Source: Paramecium tetraurelia
Lineage: Eukaryota
Reading direction: 5' to 3'
Assembly (NCBI GenBank): GCA_000165425.1
Contig: CT868629.1
Location: forward strand, 124,001 to 188,000
DNA: 64,000 bases
Positions within the stretch are counted from its first letter, which is position 1. Each line of letters opens with the position of its first letter. Positions 12,704 through 26,795 of this stretch are shown here, in pieces. The notes beneath the pieces are model-generated. The model had not been told where the DNA came from, ran no database searches, and was given only the letters and a program-made list of their open reading frames with translations. The position numbers and the translations under genes are program-made.

Positions 12704-15700
12704 ATGAGTACTAAATAGATTAAGGCCATGATTATTAAGAATTTTAAAATCAGTTTCAGAAATGGTGAACTTCTCCAAGACATATTGATTCCAATTTTTG
12801 TGGCTTGCATGTTGTCTCTAAAAGGTATTGCTATGATGTAGAATATAGAACAATTGAGTTCATTAAATTAGATCCTACCTATTTTGTATAGCTTTGCTGT
12901 CTTACCAACATCCAGATCCATCATGGTCCATTTGGTCGAGGAGAAGAGTAAAAAATACAAAGAATTACAAGGAGTAAGCTACAGTATATAAATCTATAGA
13001 TAATGGGAATGAGTCAATCAGCATATAAAATTGGATGGCTCTTGACTGGGTATTTGAGAATGACTATAGCTCTGATGTTCTTCTTCCTCTTCCAAATCAT
13101 TTTCAACTATGCAGTCTCCTTAGATTGGGAATTTTATTACATTAACTCATTTGCTTAATTAATGTGGCCCTACATAGTTTATGGATATGCTGTATACTCT
13201 CAATCATAAAATAGTCAATTAATCAATCTTTTCTGTTTGCTTCATTGATGAACGAGTCAAGAATTGCAGGTGAAGTGGCCACATTCTTTTGTGTTGGCTT
13301 CAGTTTTTTTATATTCTTGACGTTTATATAATATGCAGCTACGTAATATATTTTATAATATTATTAGGTCAATCTTATTTTATATTTTAGTAGGACTGCT
13401 GAGTCCACAATGTAACATCGGCTTTGAATACATAACTGCCTTATAAGTCGGAGTAAATAGGATTGGTGCTACTGTAGCGTGGTTTGACCCCATTTTGAAG
13501 TAGCCTATGAACATATTTCCAGTAATTCTTATAAATGAGACCTACGATTTATAAGCTTCAGGTTACCAATTAATAGTTACAATGCTCTTGTATTTCTTCT
13601 TGGCACTTTATTTTGATCAAGTAATCCCAAATGAGTATGGAATATCTCAACATCCATTATTCCTATTGGGAATGAAGTACAAAGAGAATTAAAAGAACGG
13701 AGAATGTCTCTTGTCTGAAAAATCAAAAGATGCTACTTCAGCTCAGTATTATGAGAACTTGCAAGAGCATATAGAGCCTTCCATCTATATAGACAACCTA
13801 ACCAAGTCGTTTAACAACAAAGTAGTCGTTAGCAATCTCACCCTCAGACTCTATTAGAAATAAATCTTTTGTCTGCTTGGACATAACGGTGCTGGCAAGA
13901 CTACAACGATCTCAATGTTGACTGGGTTGATAAATAAGAGCAAAGGAAGGATTGTGATGTATGACATGAATTTCGATACTCAATTAACTGAAATTAGAAA
14001 GCACATAGGGTTATGCATTCAATAGGATTGTTTATATGAATACTTAACAGTTAGGTATTTTCTACAATTTATATTTTAGAGAGCATTTGAGGTTCTTTGC
14101 CGAAATCAAGTAGTCCGAAATCAGGGAGATTGATGAGATCCTCGAAAAAACAGAATTGAAACATGAAATGAATCAAATAGTTAAGACTTTATCCAAAGGT
14201 AGTTAAAGGAAATTGAGTTTGGCCATTTCTTTAATCGGAAATTCTAAAATCATATTTTTGGATGAACCAACATCGGGAATGGATGCTTTTTCAAGGAGAG
14301 CGATTTGGAATATATTATAAAACATAAAATAAGAAGAGAGAACTATCATTTTAACTACTCATCACTTAGACGAGGCAGAAATATTAGCTGATAGGATAGG
14401 AATCATGTAGAGAGGTGAATTGTTGGCAGAAGGTTCATGTGATTTCATTAAGAAAACCTTTGGAGAGGGCTACACCTTAAATTTAAGAAAGGAATCAATT
14501 AAATATCAAGATGTCTCTGAAATTCTATCTTAAGGCAAGATCATACCAGAATCTTGTCATAAGTCTTAATTAACTTTTTAGATATCTTTTGAACACCAGG
14601 ATAAACTAGAAACCATCTGTGAAAACTTAGAGAGTTAAGGAATAGAGATTGATTTGAGATTGAATACTTTAGAAGAAGCCTTTGTGAAAATTGGAGAACA
14701 AGAACAATTAGAATTAAGCAAGTCCAATTCCAAAAAATCCATGAGTTTGAATATCATTGAGAATGCTGAGGAAGGCTATTAATAATTCATCGAAAATGTA
14801 CCAATAAGTGTCAGAGATAAACCAGTATTTAGCTTATGGAGTCAATGTTTGGCCATGTTCCAACGTCGATTCTATACCACCATTAGAACTAATACCAATA
14901 TCTTAGCCTTTTTCATGCCCCTTCTAACTATTTTGTTGGGGTTATTAGTGGCCAAATTTGTTTAGTTCTCAGGTAGATTATCAAGGAATGACGAAGCTTA
15001 ATTGTTTCTTAAAATTTCGATACTCTCCTGTGTGGGAGTGATAGGGTTCACGTTCAATTCTACTCTGTATGTGACCTTACCTGTACTGGAAAAAGAATGT
15101 TAATTAAAGGAGGTTATGATATGTTCAGGTTGTAGGATCCTAGGATACTGGCTGGGTACATTCCTATTTGATTTTATTGTGTACTCCATCATCATAATCT
15201 TCTTCTTAGTTATGGGGGCAATTTTGAGTTTGGAAGCTATTACATCCTTTTGGTGGCAAACAGTCCTTATTTATTTATGTTTTGGATTAAGCTATATCAC
15301 ATGCATCTACTTGTGTAGCTTTTTGTTTGATAATGTGGCAAAAGCAATGAAGCTCTTTGTGTTTTATTCTTTCTTTTACGGATTTTGTTTACCAATGGTC
15401 CTCTTGGGATTAACCAATTTTATATATCATGTGGACTCCATTGACTTCTTTTAATTTTTGGTTTATACATTTTAGGTTCTCTTTATGGTAATTAATTACA
15501 TTAAATACATAGCTCGTCTATCCATTTTACAATTATTATTTTGCTTATGCTTGCATGCCTCGTTTGACCAAAGGACTTAAGGCTGAATTAGGAGGATTAC
15601 ATTTAATAACTTACGAAAGTTATTGGTATGTGATTATGCTCATTTACTAATTCTTTCAATATTCCTTACTCATCTACTATCTTGAAAGGAGAAAAATGAA

Positions 15701-16798
15701 GAGACATTACAAGTTGAATCCCGACAATACAGATGTCCATTTGGAAGATGATGTTTATTAGGAATAGTAAAGAGTTTTGAAGGGCACCGATGATATTATA
15801 CAGGCTCAATCGATCTTTAAGAGATATTCAAATTAATAACAATTTGCCTTGAATAATATCTCCTTTGGGTTAAAGTAAGGAGAAATAATGGGAATTATAG
15901 GGCCAAATGGAGCTGGCAAGTCTACTTTGATAAATGTGTTAACCAACATAAATCAGAGTACTTATGGAATAGTAAAAATATAATATGCTGATTAATTACA
16001 TGTGGGGATCTGCCCATAATATGACTGTATATGGGAAAACCTTACTGTGAAGGAACATTTGCATGTATTCAGTAAATTAAGAGGCTTATCTGGTGAGAAT
16101 CAACAAGAGGCGGTTTAATATTTTTTGCAGAATGCAGAACTTTACAGTTTTAGGAACACCAGAGCTGGACAACTGAGTGGAGGAAACAAAAGAAAACTTT
16201 GTGTGGCTTTGGCTTTGATTGGAGGCAGTGACATTACTTTCTTTGATGAACCTACCACTGGTGTAGATCCCATTTCCAGGAGAACATTATTCAAAACCTT
16301 AAAATAAAATGTGTCCATAAGAAATTGTTCTGTTGTCATAACCACTCACACAATTGAGGAGGCTGAGAATTTGAGTGATACTCTTGGAATTTTGATCGGC
16401 GGGCAATTTATATGTTATGGCGAACCCAATTATTTAAAAGAGTATTTTTTCATATAATTCTATTAAGGAAATATTCAGATGGCTATTATATATCAATTTT
16501 GTATAGTGATTAATATTAAGATACAGAGATTTTAGATATGCTGAAACAATAGCTGAATAACATTAATTAAATAAAGGAGGTCAGAAGAAACTATTTAACA
16601 GTCAATATTAAAATTATTAGTTTTCATTCCACTTTTAAACTGCTTAACTAATTAAAATAGAAAAAAATAATTGAAGAGTTTTCAATATCAAAAAGGTATT
16701 TGTTAATAAGATTTTATAGTTCTCTTGAAAATATATTCGTCCTCTTTACAAAATAATAAAATGAAATCAATGATTAATTAGGAGTTTAGGTTGAATGA
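12704..16798 (+). CDS. Full-size ABC transporter, subfamily A
   Basis: TMD-NBD-TMD-NBD layout; Walker [10 protein letters not shown] and GPNGAGKST, Walker [11 protein letters not shown] and [19 protein letters not shown] and [13 protein letters not shown]-type VEEK..KEL..MG and TLEEAF motifs; several tiny introns. Confidence 0.93.
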
Positions 16799-16842
16799 AA
16801 TTTTATAATTCATTTATAAATTATTTAAATTGTTTGATTAAC

Positions 16843-18226
16843 ATGTAATTCATCAAAAATCTTCTTGGTTAATGTTAGGGTGGTAATGATTCAAAACAAG
16901 GAGACCCGATAGAAAAATAAAATAATCAGAAACATAATAAAAGGAATGAAGAAAATTATAATGATTAAGCCAATTCCGAAAGTGATGCGAAATCGGATGT
17001 CAAGACGAGTGGAAGTAAGAAAAATTCACGATCATCAAGGTAATTAGATCTACTGTATATATAGTGCTGAAAAATAAACACAATAATAATAAAATTATAA
17101 CTAAAATTAAAGCCAGGATCAGGGTCAGGTTTTAAAAATCGAATCCGACAAATAATTTATTCAAAAATCAACTGAATCACAAAATTTACCTTCCTAATCA
17201 TTATAACATATTTCAAAGATTGTAATGGAAGATTATCAAAAAGAACAAAATAAAGATAATTATATTAATCAAATTTATTCTTATAATCAAACTAATGAAT
17301 AACTCAAATAAAATTTGAATCAAGCAAATCAAAACTTATGTAATTCTTAAAATCAAGATACTCAAAGTCTACATAATTCTTAAAATCAAGCATATTAAAA
17401 TTTAAATTATTATAGAAATCAAACACAGTCTTAAATTAGATGTTAGAATAGTCCTAAAAGATCTATTCCCTATAATCAAAGGATGGATCCAAACTAAAAT
17501 ATCTATGCACAATAAATAAATGATTAATAATTTAATTAGCAAAACTTCTAAGGGCCATCCTTAAATACCATTTATTTTCCTTAGTTTGAAAATAAAAAAA
17601 TTAAGATTTTGCACAACGCGAACCAAAATGCTAATTAAAATATTTACTAACCACCTACCTATCAAATGCAAGAATTCGAAAATGTTAACAATTACTACAA
17701 AATTAATAATAATAAGAATGAGTCCTAACTCTAGAGTCAAGTAAGATAAAGTAACTAAAGCTCCAATAATTAAAATTCTAATATATAAAATTCTAATTTT
17801 TACAATTGCTAAGAAAATTTATCATATGCATAAACTTAATTGGTAAAATGCTTTTATTGTAGCAAGGATGTTCATAAATAATATATCTAATTGAATTGTC
17901 AGCATTTCTTTTGTTCAGATTGTTTGAAAGAATTTTTGAAAAATCAATCAAAATAACCTAATTGTTATGCCTACAAATGTCTTTGCTCATGTGTAATCAA
18001 ATTATAAGTATTGTTTAAAGAGAAAGAGAAAGATGGAGAAGTAACAATGTTAAAAGAAAAATTAATTAATAATTAGCTCAATGCACTTAGAAAAAATATA
18101 GAGCAAAAATATAAACTGAAAACTTGTTGCAACATATAACGTTGTTCATTTTTCGTAATACTTCAACAAAACTTAGATCAAAAATGTTTCTATTGTCCAT
18201 AATGCTTAGAAAGATAGAGAGATTGA
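16843..18226 (+). CDS. Q/N-rich protein with a C-terminal RING-like zinc finger
   Basis: Long Q/N low-complexity region followed by CFYC..LNCQHFFCSDC..YKCLC and a terminal CCNIQRC..CFYCPQC; one intron near 17040. Confidence 0.7.
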
Positions 18227-18268
18227 AGTTTAATAAAATTAGTGAAATATTTGATGAATATTATGATA

Positions 18269-20180
18269 TCAAAATCCTAAATTTTATAATATCAAATCGT
18301 ATAATTATTTAGCCTAAGGATCGTCATACTTCAAAGATGATAATATCTTCTCTAATCTGTCATCAAATTGTCCTTTTAGGAGAATAGTAATTTTGAGTAT
18401 GATTCTTAACTTCATCAATATGATCTCAATGTTTTTATTTTTATCAAAATTCAACAAAAAGTCAAAAGCCTCAAACACCATTTTCGAAATATGCAAAGCA
18501 TTTTGTCCACAATCCAACATCCTCAAAAGTACTTCTAAGAAATTTAACATTAATAATGGTTCTCTGGCCAATAGCAACTTATGTTTAGATTAGGAATAAA
18601 TTAACAAGGGGAAATAAAAATGTTCTGTCAATTAATGAAATCTATTAATGTATGGGGAGACAATTTAAAGCCCTTCATAAGCTCTTTTAGTGTGTCCCCA
18701 CCTTCTAGATTATGGAGCTGGTCTAATTTTAATAGCTGCTTATTCTTCAGTTTTGTATGTAGTGCTAATTTATTTAAAATAAAAAGAGTCATTTTAAGAT
18801 TTTTCAAAATTGTTGTAATTCTCTAATTGATACTTTTTGGGATTAGATGAAAGTTCTATGGCTGATTCTCTAATAATCTTCAATATGTAGATTCTTTGCA
18901 TGATTGAAATTTCCTCACTAAAATACACTTCGATTAAATGATCAGTTATTAAAGGTTGCATTATCGACAAAGCCACCAGAGCTTTAATCCTCATTTCTTC
19001 TTGACTGTTTTTCCAATCTCTATTTAGAATGAGAATGTCACACAGAGTTTATCCATGGATATGAAGATCTAAGCTATTTCTAATTAGATATGGAAGGTGT
19101 TTCAAAGCTTGTTCAATTCTGGATTAATCTTCACTTCTTAATGCAAGAATACAATCATAAAGATTCTTAACAAGAAGAGGTTGTTCATTTTCTTCATTCT
19201 CTATTTCAAAATCCTTAAATAAATATGATCTTAATTACATGAAAATCCTAGGCTGGCTAAATGATTTAAGTTTCATTTTCTTTCTAAATAATTTCTTCTT
19301 TTTTTTTTTCATTCCAAACTTCATCGACTTCATCATCATTCAGTTCATCAAAGCCATCTTCTACTTGAATATTTAATGATTTCACAAAAGCTTTCCATAC
19401 TAAAATTCCGCATTTTCTAGGTATATTGGCTTATGAATTTAATCGCTTCTAAATCCCATCATGTATTAAATCATTATTAAATCCATCATTAATAAACAAA
19501 ACAATAAGATGACTGCAATACAATTAGGTTTTAAATGATGCATGCTTAATAAAATTCTTGTTACTCCAATTAAGTATTAAACTATCAAACAAATCTTTAT
19601 GGATAGTTGTTTCCTTAGAAATGTTGTACAATATTTATTCTGTATTTTGTTTAACCTTAGCATTTAAAGCCAGCTTTAACAATAATTATGGATTTTATTT
19701 GATAAGCGATAAATATTTTATGTATTCATCCAATTTATTAAGAAGAATATATTTCAAAAATTTCTTTAAATATAAAGGCTTAACTTAACTAATTTATTCT
19801 ATCGTTAATCCTTGATGAATGAGTTCATATTCTCCTAAGACAAGTAATTTTTCATAAATAAAATCTTGTTATTATTAGAGCAATTTCTTATAAATTTCTT
19901 CAAATTTTATGTATTTACCTTCAGTGAAATTGGAACACAATCTACAGAGCTACAAATATTCAGTTAGTTTTTCTTAGCTTGAAATTTCAGGGATATTTTT
20001 AATATAGGATGTTTCAAAGAGATGATAAATTTTTTCAATTTAGGAGGTGTTTAATTTTCTGAATTTAAAAATGACATTCTTCCAGAATTTAAAGCCTTCC
20101 TCGGTTTGAGATATCTCTTAAATTTTGTTAGGAATATCATCATTTTCACCATTTAAAAATTATTTAATTTCTATAATCAT
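18269..20180 (-). CDS. TEL2: Telomere length regulation protein TEL2 (TTT co-chaperone subunit)
   Basis: GIQKRLNSQANIPRKCGILV, acidic DELNDDEVD linker, NLYDCILAL..IEQALKHLPYLIR, MRIKALVAL..P..SIMQRIYIL..AIEL all resemble TEL2/TELO2 conserved blocks. Confidence 0.8.
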
Positions 20181-20239
20181 AATTTATAATTTAATTTTAT
20201 AATGGCAGCCATTTTTGTGCAATCACTTTTATCAAATAA

Positions 20240-20836
20240 ATGACTGAAAAGGTATTGGGATATACTGAAATATTAAATGAATAATACAGATAGAGAAAAA
20301 GGCTCAAGAAGATTTATTAATTATTCAGATTGAATCTCTGCTCTTCCTTCTTTCAGTTGAGAATATAATAAAAAAGAGTAACGACTGCCTTAGTTTATAA
20401 GCCTCATAAGAAGAATATATAAATAGAATTTAAATAAGAAATTGATCAAGTTTATTGATTATTAGTTACAAAAATGATTGAGTCATTGATAATTTTAAGA
20501 AAGGTTAAAAAGATATTGCAAATTTTAAGAAAAACTCTAAGAAAAATTTCTATGACAAACTAAGATTTATTAATATTTTAGAAAATATCTCTTTGATTTA
20601 CAATAGTTTTTAAAATCCTATAGATGAGTAATATGTCTACAACACCTTTATCAGGATAGTTTAAGCCTCCATCACCATATTAATTGATTAAGGATGAATA
20701 GGATGTTTTAAAAAGATAGAACCAAAATAATGATTTAGAGATAACTAAAAAATAAAATCTATTATGAAATCTTACTTAATATTGAAAGTTGAATTGATGG
20801 AAGGTTGCTAATGTATAATTTTTTTACTGACTTGAA
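20240..20836 (+). pseudogene. Possible decayed protein-coding gene
   Basis: One frame with coding-like composition (KAQEDLLIIQIESLLFLLS...LRFINILENISLIY) is broken by several in-frame TGAs that I could not remove with plausible introns. Confidence 0.35.
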
Positions 20837-21092
20837 TAGTATTGTGATCATAAAAGCAATTAAATAGATGAATCGATTGTTCGAGTAAAAATAATGAAGA
20901 ATTGAATATGTAGATAGTCAAACAATTATATAACCAAGTATTTTTGTTTGGTCATATTCATATTTATTTGATTTTATTGTGTTATCTATATAATGTTAAA
21001 ATGAATGAAACAATTATTGTAACAAATTATAATAATTTGAATAATGTTATAAAATAACTATTATAAATGTAAACCAATTTATATTGATTAAT

Positions 21093-21774
21093 TCACAATT
21101 TAGATTTTTTTAAATGAGCTGTACTATTAAGCAATAAATAATCTGCATTGTCTTTTTAATAGGATATCACATTAACACTGCAATAATCAGCATTATTTGA
21201 TATAATTTATTTTTCCAACATATTTACTGCATGAACACCATAACCGTGAGTTACAACTAAGATGTTTTTATTTGAGAAATGCTCTCTCATACGTTTATAA
21301 TTTTCTGAAAACCTCCCAAAAAATTCTTATATGGATTCAGGATATTTTTGAATTACCTCCTAGTAGGGCACATTCAGCAAAGGATATTATTTAAAGACAT
21401 GCTCATAAGATGAGGATTTATAATAATGTAATTCTGACAAAATGTCCTTTTCAAACCAGTCCTGTCTAAAACATTCTCCTAATCCCTTTGCAATATATAT
21501 TTCAATTTGTTGTTCTAACTAACTTGCAATTCCGATTATAGTTTAGACGCATCTCAAATAGGGTGATGTAACCAGAATGATATTCTCGATAGATTGCTTA
21601 TAGTTATATGAATATGGTTACTAATTTCAAAATATTTCTGATATATTTTCCAGTCTTTTTGGCTTAGGCTTCTCCATTTAAAGATAAATGCGGATCAAAT
21701 GGCAAAATGATTCGTTGCTTTTCAGCATTTGTACTATCATCTGCCCTTTCTCCATGCCGAATAAGAAAAAGCAT
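21093..21774 (-). CDS. Histidine phosphatase (phosphoglycerate mutase family) protein
   Basis: MLFLIRHGERAD, DPHLSLNGEAQA, LVTSPYLRCVQT, LVVTHGYGV motifs. Confidence 0.9.
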
Positions 21775-21813
21775 TAATAATATTAATAATAATAGGTATG
21801 TTGTGAATAAATT

Positions 21814-22318
21814 TCAATGTATGATGATTTTTTCAAATATTTAATCAACATTATTTTATAATTCCTATGTATAGTTAACTTTCAATTAGTATTTTTCAAT
21901 AAATTATTGAGGAGTTAATCCAATAAATAGAATAGCAAAGGATACTTACATTAAATTAATTAGCATATCAATTCCTAAATAATCAGCAGCCTTCCTTATC
22001 AACTACCTTTCGATGTTGTATATTTATAAGGATTTAATGAAATTTGATTCTATAGGATTAAGAAAGGAATCTAAATCAGTACTTGGAATTGGTTTTGGAA
22101 TAACCGATGGGTTTTCTGGCAACATTTGAGTTAAAAACTGATCAATTTTGAGCAAGATGCCACTTTAAATTTCCATATCTATCACATCGTTTGTTTATTC
22201 ACACTCTGAAAGGTAATTGGTAATAATTACCATAAACAAATCGAAAAAGCTCACTATATTTGAGAAATGCCTCGATGTTGATAGTAACAATTTAATTGTC
22301 AATGGTTCTTACTTGCAT
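21814..22318 (-). CDS. Divergent Skp1-family protein
   Basis: MQVRTIDNQIVTI start, ILLKIDQFL, IPKPIPSTDL, AADYLGIDMLINL, GLTPQQF; one 25-nt intron. Confidence 0.75.
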
Positions 22319-22352
22319 TTTAAAATAAATAAAAATATACAATTAAAGTCAA

Positions 22353-23922
22353 TCATATAAGTTCAGCCATATATAGTTTAAAATCTTAAAATGAAATCTA
22401 ATAATATAAATGTACAACATACATTCTTTTTTTATAATTTAACGAATTCTGCTTCGATTAGTTCTTCTTTTACATTGATTTATAATATTAGGCTTTAAAT
22501 AGTTATGTGGCCTTTTCGATTTGACAATACTCTGAAAGTATCCTTAAGATTATCCTCTGTCAATAATGACTTCCGATCTGTTAATGCGAGAATGTATTCT
22601 TAGATTTCTATTTCACCATTTTCATCTTGATCGACATTTGAAAAGATTTCACTTACCACTTGGAAGGCATCTTCATAATTTTCATATAGTTTTTAGTATG
22701 CATTCATTAACTCGTATTTAGTGATCTTACCATCCTTATTGGCATCAATATCATTAAATGTTTAAAATAAACTGGATGATTATTCACTTAGATATTAATT
22801 AACCATATATTAGAGGATACAATATTGGAGCAAACTCATTTTTTTTAGTTTTCTCATATTCTGCAAGTCAACTTTGATTTTGTTTTCGAATCTCTTTTTT
22901 TGTTTGATCATCCAATTTGTTTTAGTTAAAGATAATAAATCCATTCTATTGGCTGGACTAACCACTAAAATATTTGACAAGAACTCTTTGGATTCAGACG
23001 ATATCTTATCGAATTGTATAGATGACATGTCCAGAATGCCTCTTCTTACATCAGCATATATTTTTGGAACAGTTGCTCCTTTGAACGGTAGAAAACCTGT
23101 TAATAAAAAATGAGCAATAACACCGATGGACCAAACATCTCTTGGTTTTGCTTTGATGTCTTATTCTCTAAATCCCTCAGGTGATGTGTATAGGGCATTA
23201 GTGATCGTAATTGGTTCTTTTACGAAAATACTTTTAACATCTATTAATTTAATGGTATTTTAATCTTTTTGATCATTATATGCGAAACTGCTGAGTTACA
23301 GATTTCCATGAATCAATTTATGTTGATGCAAATAATGAATGACATCAATTATTTACTTAATTATGGTACCAGCAGTTTCCTCTAACATTCCAATTCCATC
23401 ATTTTTCATATAAAGGATACCCCCTGTGTAATTTTCAAATATTATTTTATAAGTATCAATATCTTCATAGATATCGAATATTTTGATGAGATTGGGATGG
23501 TTCTATAAATCAAATTATCTAAAATACCAAATTATGAGTTAACAATTTATTGATGTATTCTGAATGTTCAGGAACTGATTTTGGCAAAGTTTCCACTATC
23601 CTAATTTTCCCATTCAGATTGTTCTACACAAAGGATTAATTCGCATTAACTTAACTTAGAATTAAAAATTACGGTTTTTGCTAGGGACTTTTTCGTAGAT
23701 AACAGAATAATGTTAGGAAATTGCAACTTTATGTAATTTAAGCAGTTATTAAGGACAGTTAGATGAATGTGTTAATTTTTTTTGTGAGAAAGTTGATTTT
23801 TGAGGGATCGCCTTTGGTGAAACTGGAGCTGAAGCTGAAGGTATTTTTCTTCTTGATTTTGAGTTTTCATTTTTAGAATTATTAGTTTGATTTGATTTTG
23901 GAACTGCATGGCATGCTCCCAT
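22353..23922 (-). CDS. CDPK-like kinase plus EF-hand protein, probable pseudokinase (copy 1)
   Basis: MGAC start, HPNLIKIFDIYED, HGN in place of HRD, DVK in place of DFG, YTSPE, DVWSIG; EF hands DANKDGKITKYE and DQDENGEIEIQE. Confidence 0.85.
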
Positions 23923-24498
23923 GAATTAATTATATAACTATTAATTTTAAATCAGAAAAAATTATATATTCAATTGTCTTTTGATTATTGTATCGAAATA
24001 AATCTTTTACATTATATATTTAATCCCGATGTGCATTTAGATTCAAAATCATGAAGTCTTGAGGTTGTTAACATCATTGATGTTAATAGTCTAATCAACG
24101 GAAAAGTTTCAGAATATTATTATTCAGTTAAGGAATTTTAATTGTTATTATAAAATTGAATTTGATTTTATTAAATTAAGTTTCCATGAAATAAAACTAA
24201 GAGATTGAATGATTAGCATTAAATTAAATTAGAGCATTTAATTAAAATATAGCTGATTATAAATTTAGTGTTACTTGAATTTTAAGAATTAGGAATGAGA
24301 AATATTAAAAAAATTGGTCTAGAGATATTAATTTAATTATCATTCTACTGATCAGCATTGAAATATAATATTTAATATTATTATAATAATTTATTTGATA
24401 GTTCATTTCCATATAAAGCGAAATCTCTAGCATGAATTATAAATCTATATCATTCTTGTATTATCATTATGAGGTTTCATTAAATTAATTAATCAAAA

Positions 24499-26057
24499 AT
24501 GGGATCTTGTACATAGAAACTGAAATAAGCTAACAGAGAAATCAACCAAAAAATTAAAAAGAATAATGAAATCTCCATTCAGCTATCCAAGAATAAGTCA
24601 AATCAATCTCTAGAATATATTTATGAAAAAGGAAAAAAGAAAGTGGTTAAGTAAATTGATCAATCGATGAATATCCAAAATTTCATCCTGATTTAAACTT
24701 GCAAATTTTCAAAAGTGTACTCTTTTGTTTCTAATACCCAAAATGATGGTTTGGCTTAAGTTTTAGGTAAAGGATCAAAGGAAAATATATAAATAATGTA
24801 GAATAACCTGACTGGGAGGTTCAGATTAATGGAGACCCTCAGACTCTATGATTATAATACTAAATAATACATGGATAATCTTATTGCGAACCCTTTAGTA
24901 ATTTTTAATATAAAGAATTATAGTCACATCCCAATATCTCTTAAACGCATGAGATTTATTAGGATGACGAATCAATTCATTTAATTCATGACTATTGCAG
25001 TGGAGGAGGCTTAAATGGCATAAATTTTAAACAGGGTTAAGGAATAGCTGAATAAATTGCTCTAAAAATGTTATTTCAGATGATAGAATGCTTGAATTAT
25101 CTTCACACAAAGGGATTTAATCATGGTCATTTGACATACAACAGCTTCTCAAGAATAGATGAGTCGGAAAATTGCTTTATTAAACTTACAGACTTAAAAC
25201 CAGTATTTATAAAACCATAAATAACATTCGAACAAATGCAGTATTTAGCTCCAGAAATAATCGATGATAACCAAGATTACTCATTAGCCAGAGATGTCTG
25301 GTCCATAGGAATCATATTTTTTAAACTATTAACTGGTAATTTACCATATGTATCCACTCAACCATACAAATTAAGATTAGAAATAAGGAAAGGAATAGTG
25401 TCATTTACTGATCTCTAATTTGATAAAATATCCTCAAAATCCAAATGTTTCTTAAACACACTACTCCAATATAATCCATCAGAAAGATCAGATCTTAATT
25501 CCATTATCAAATCTCCTATGTATAGAAGATTGATCTCTCAGACAAAAGAAATGAGCAAGTAATCTTCAAACATGTTGATGAATTTTAAACAAGCCAACAT
25601 TATATAATCATTGTTTTTACAATTTTTAGTTAGTCAATTTTGTTAGAACTAATAAAATGAAATCTATTAATTGTTCAATAAATATGATAAAAACGGAGAT
25701 GCTAAATTGAGCAAAATTGAAATATGTGATCTATTGTATTAGCAACTCAAATCAAAGGAATAAGCCTAAAAACAAGTAGAGTAAATATTTAAAGCCATTG
25801 ACACAGATCACAATGGTTCCATCGATTGCCATGAGTTTATTAGGTGTATTGTAGATAGACAAGCATTGATCACTACTCCTAATTTAAAGGTGATTTTCAA
25901 ATTACTCTCAAATGGTAAAGGATCAATTCGAAAAAAGAGATTTATGCAATGTTTTTCAGTTAATCAAAAATAAGCTGACGACATGTTTGCTTCAATCACT
26001 AAATCAAAGAGAATCACCTTCAAAGTGTTCTCCAGGACTATGATGGAACTTGTTTGA
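24499..26057 (+). CDS. CDPK-like kinase plus EF-hand protein, probable pseudokinase (copy 2)
   Basis: MGSC start, HPNIS..EIYQD, HGH in place of HRD, DLK in place of DFG, YLAPE, DVWSIG; EF hands DKNGDAKLSKIE and DTDHNGSIDCHE. Confidence 0.85.
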
Positions 26058-26102
26058 TTGTTATAATAAATATTTTATACTTTCATTTATTAATTTAATT
26101 AT

Positions 26103-26795
26103 ATGGAAGAGCCTTTAATTTAGAATGAGGAAATAGAATCCAAGATTCCAAATGAAAAAGTTATGACAAGACTTATTAAAGGGGAATTTAGGTTTGAGAG
26201 AAGATAATACATATTTTTAAATGTAAATACTGTCAATTTAGTAATCTAAAGCATAAAGTAATTAGGTGTTAACCATTTATAATTTGATTGGTCCTATTAA
26301 CATTGAAGCCTAGAAATCGTTGATATTTTATGAAGATACTAGAGTCCCATTAAATGATCAAGACTTTACCTTAATGAATTTATTGAATGCTTTAATAGTC
26401 GTTCATCTTTTGAGAATTTTCACTTGTTTGTTGGGTTTCTTTAGTGTTTCATAAGTAATGCATTCATTACAATAGAGTAGAAATCTGGTAAAATTATGAC
26501 CTACTTTATGATTATGTCAACCGTTTGTGTTCTCTGTAGAGGAATTATATCCTTATTAATTGTGTTAAATTATACAGCAATAAAAGACACTTGTAATTTG
26601 ATTTTTGGAGGTGGCACTGATGATATTGGATCATTGATGGCAATGTAATTTTTGGTTGTTTTGATACTATTTGTAATAGCAGAAATTTTGTTAGCCTTGA
26701 TCTCATTAATACAATGTTCAAAAACTAAAGAGGAATATCGAAGTACTTCTAAATCTATGATTATCTAGTTTGGATTAAACACAAAGAGAGAATGA
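26103..26795 (+). CDS. Small multi-pass (about 4 TM) membrane protein
   Basis: MEEPLIQNEE start; two ~25-nt GT-AG introns join hydrophobic segments (LNALIVVHLLRIFTCLLGFFSV, YFMIMSTVCVLCRGIISLLIVL, FLVVLILFVIAEILLALISLI). Confidence 0.65.

Noticed and set aside
23930..24490. AT-rich spacers as possible retained IESs
   Set aside because: TA-bounded segments are everywhere in such DNA, and no reading frame is interrupted in a way that identifies an IES
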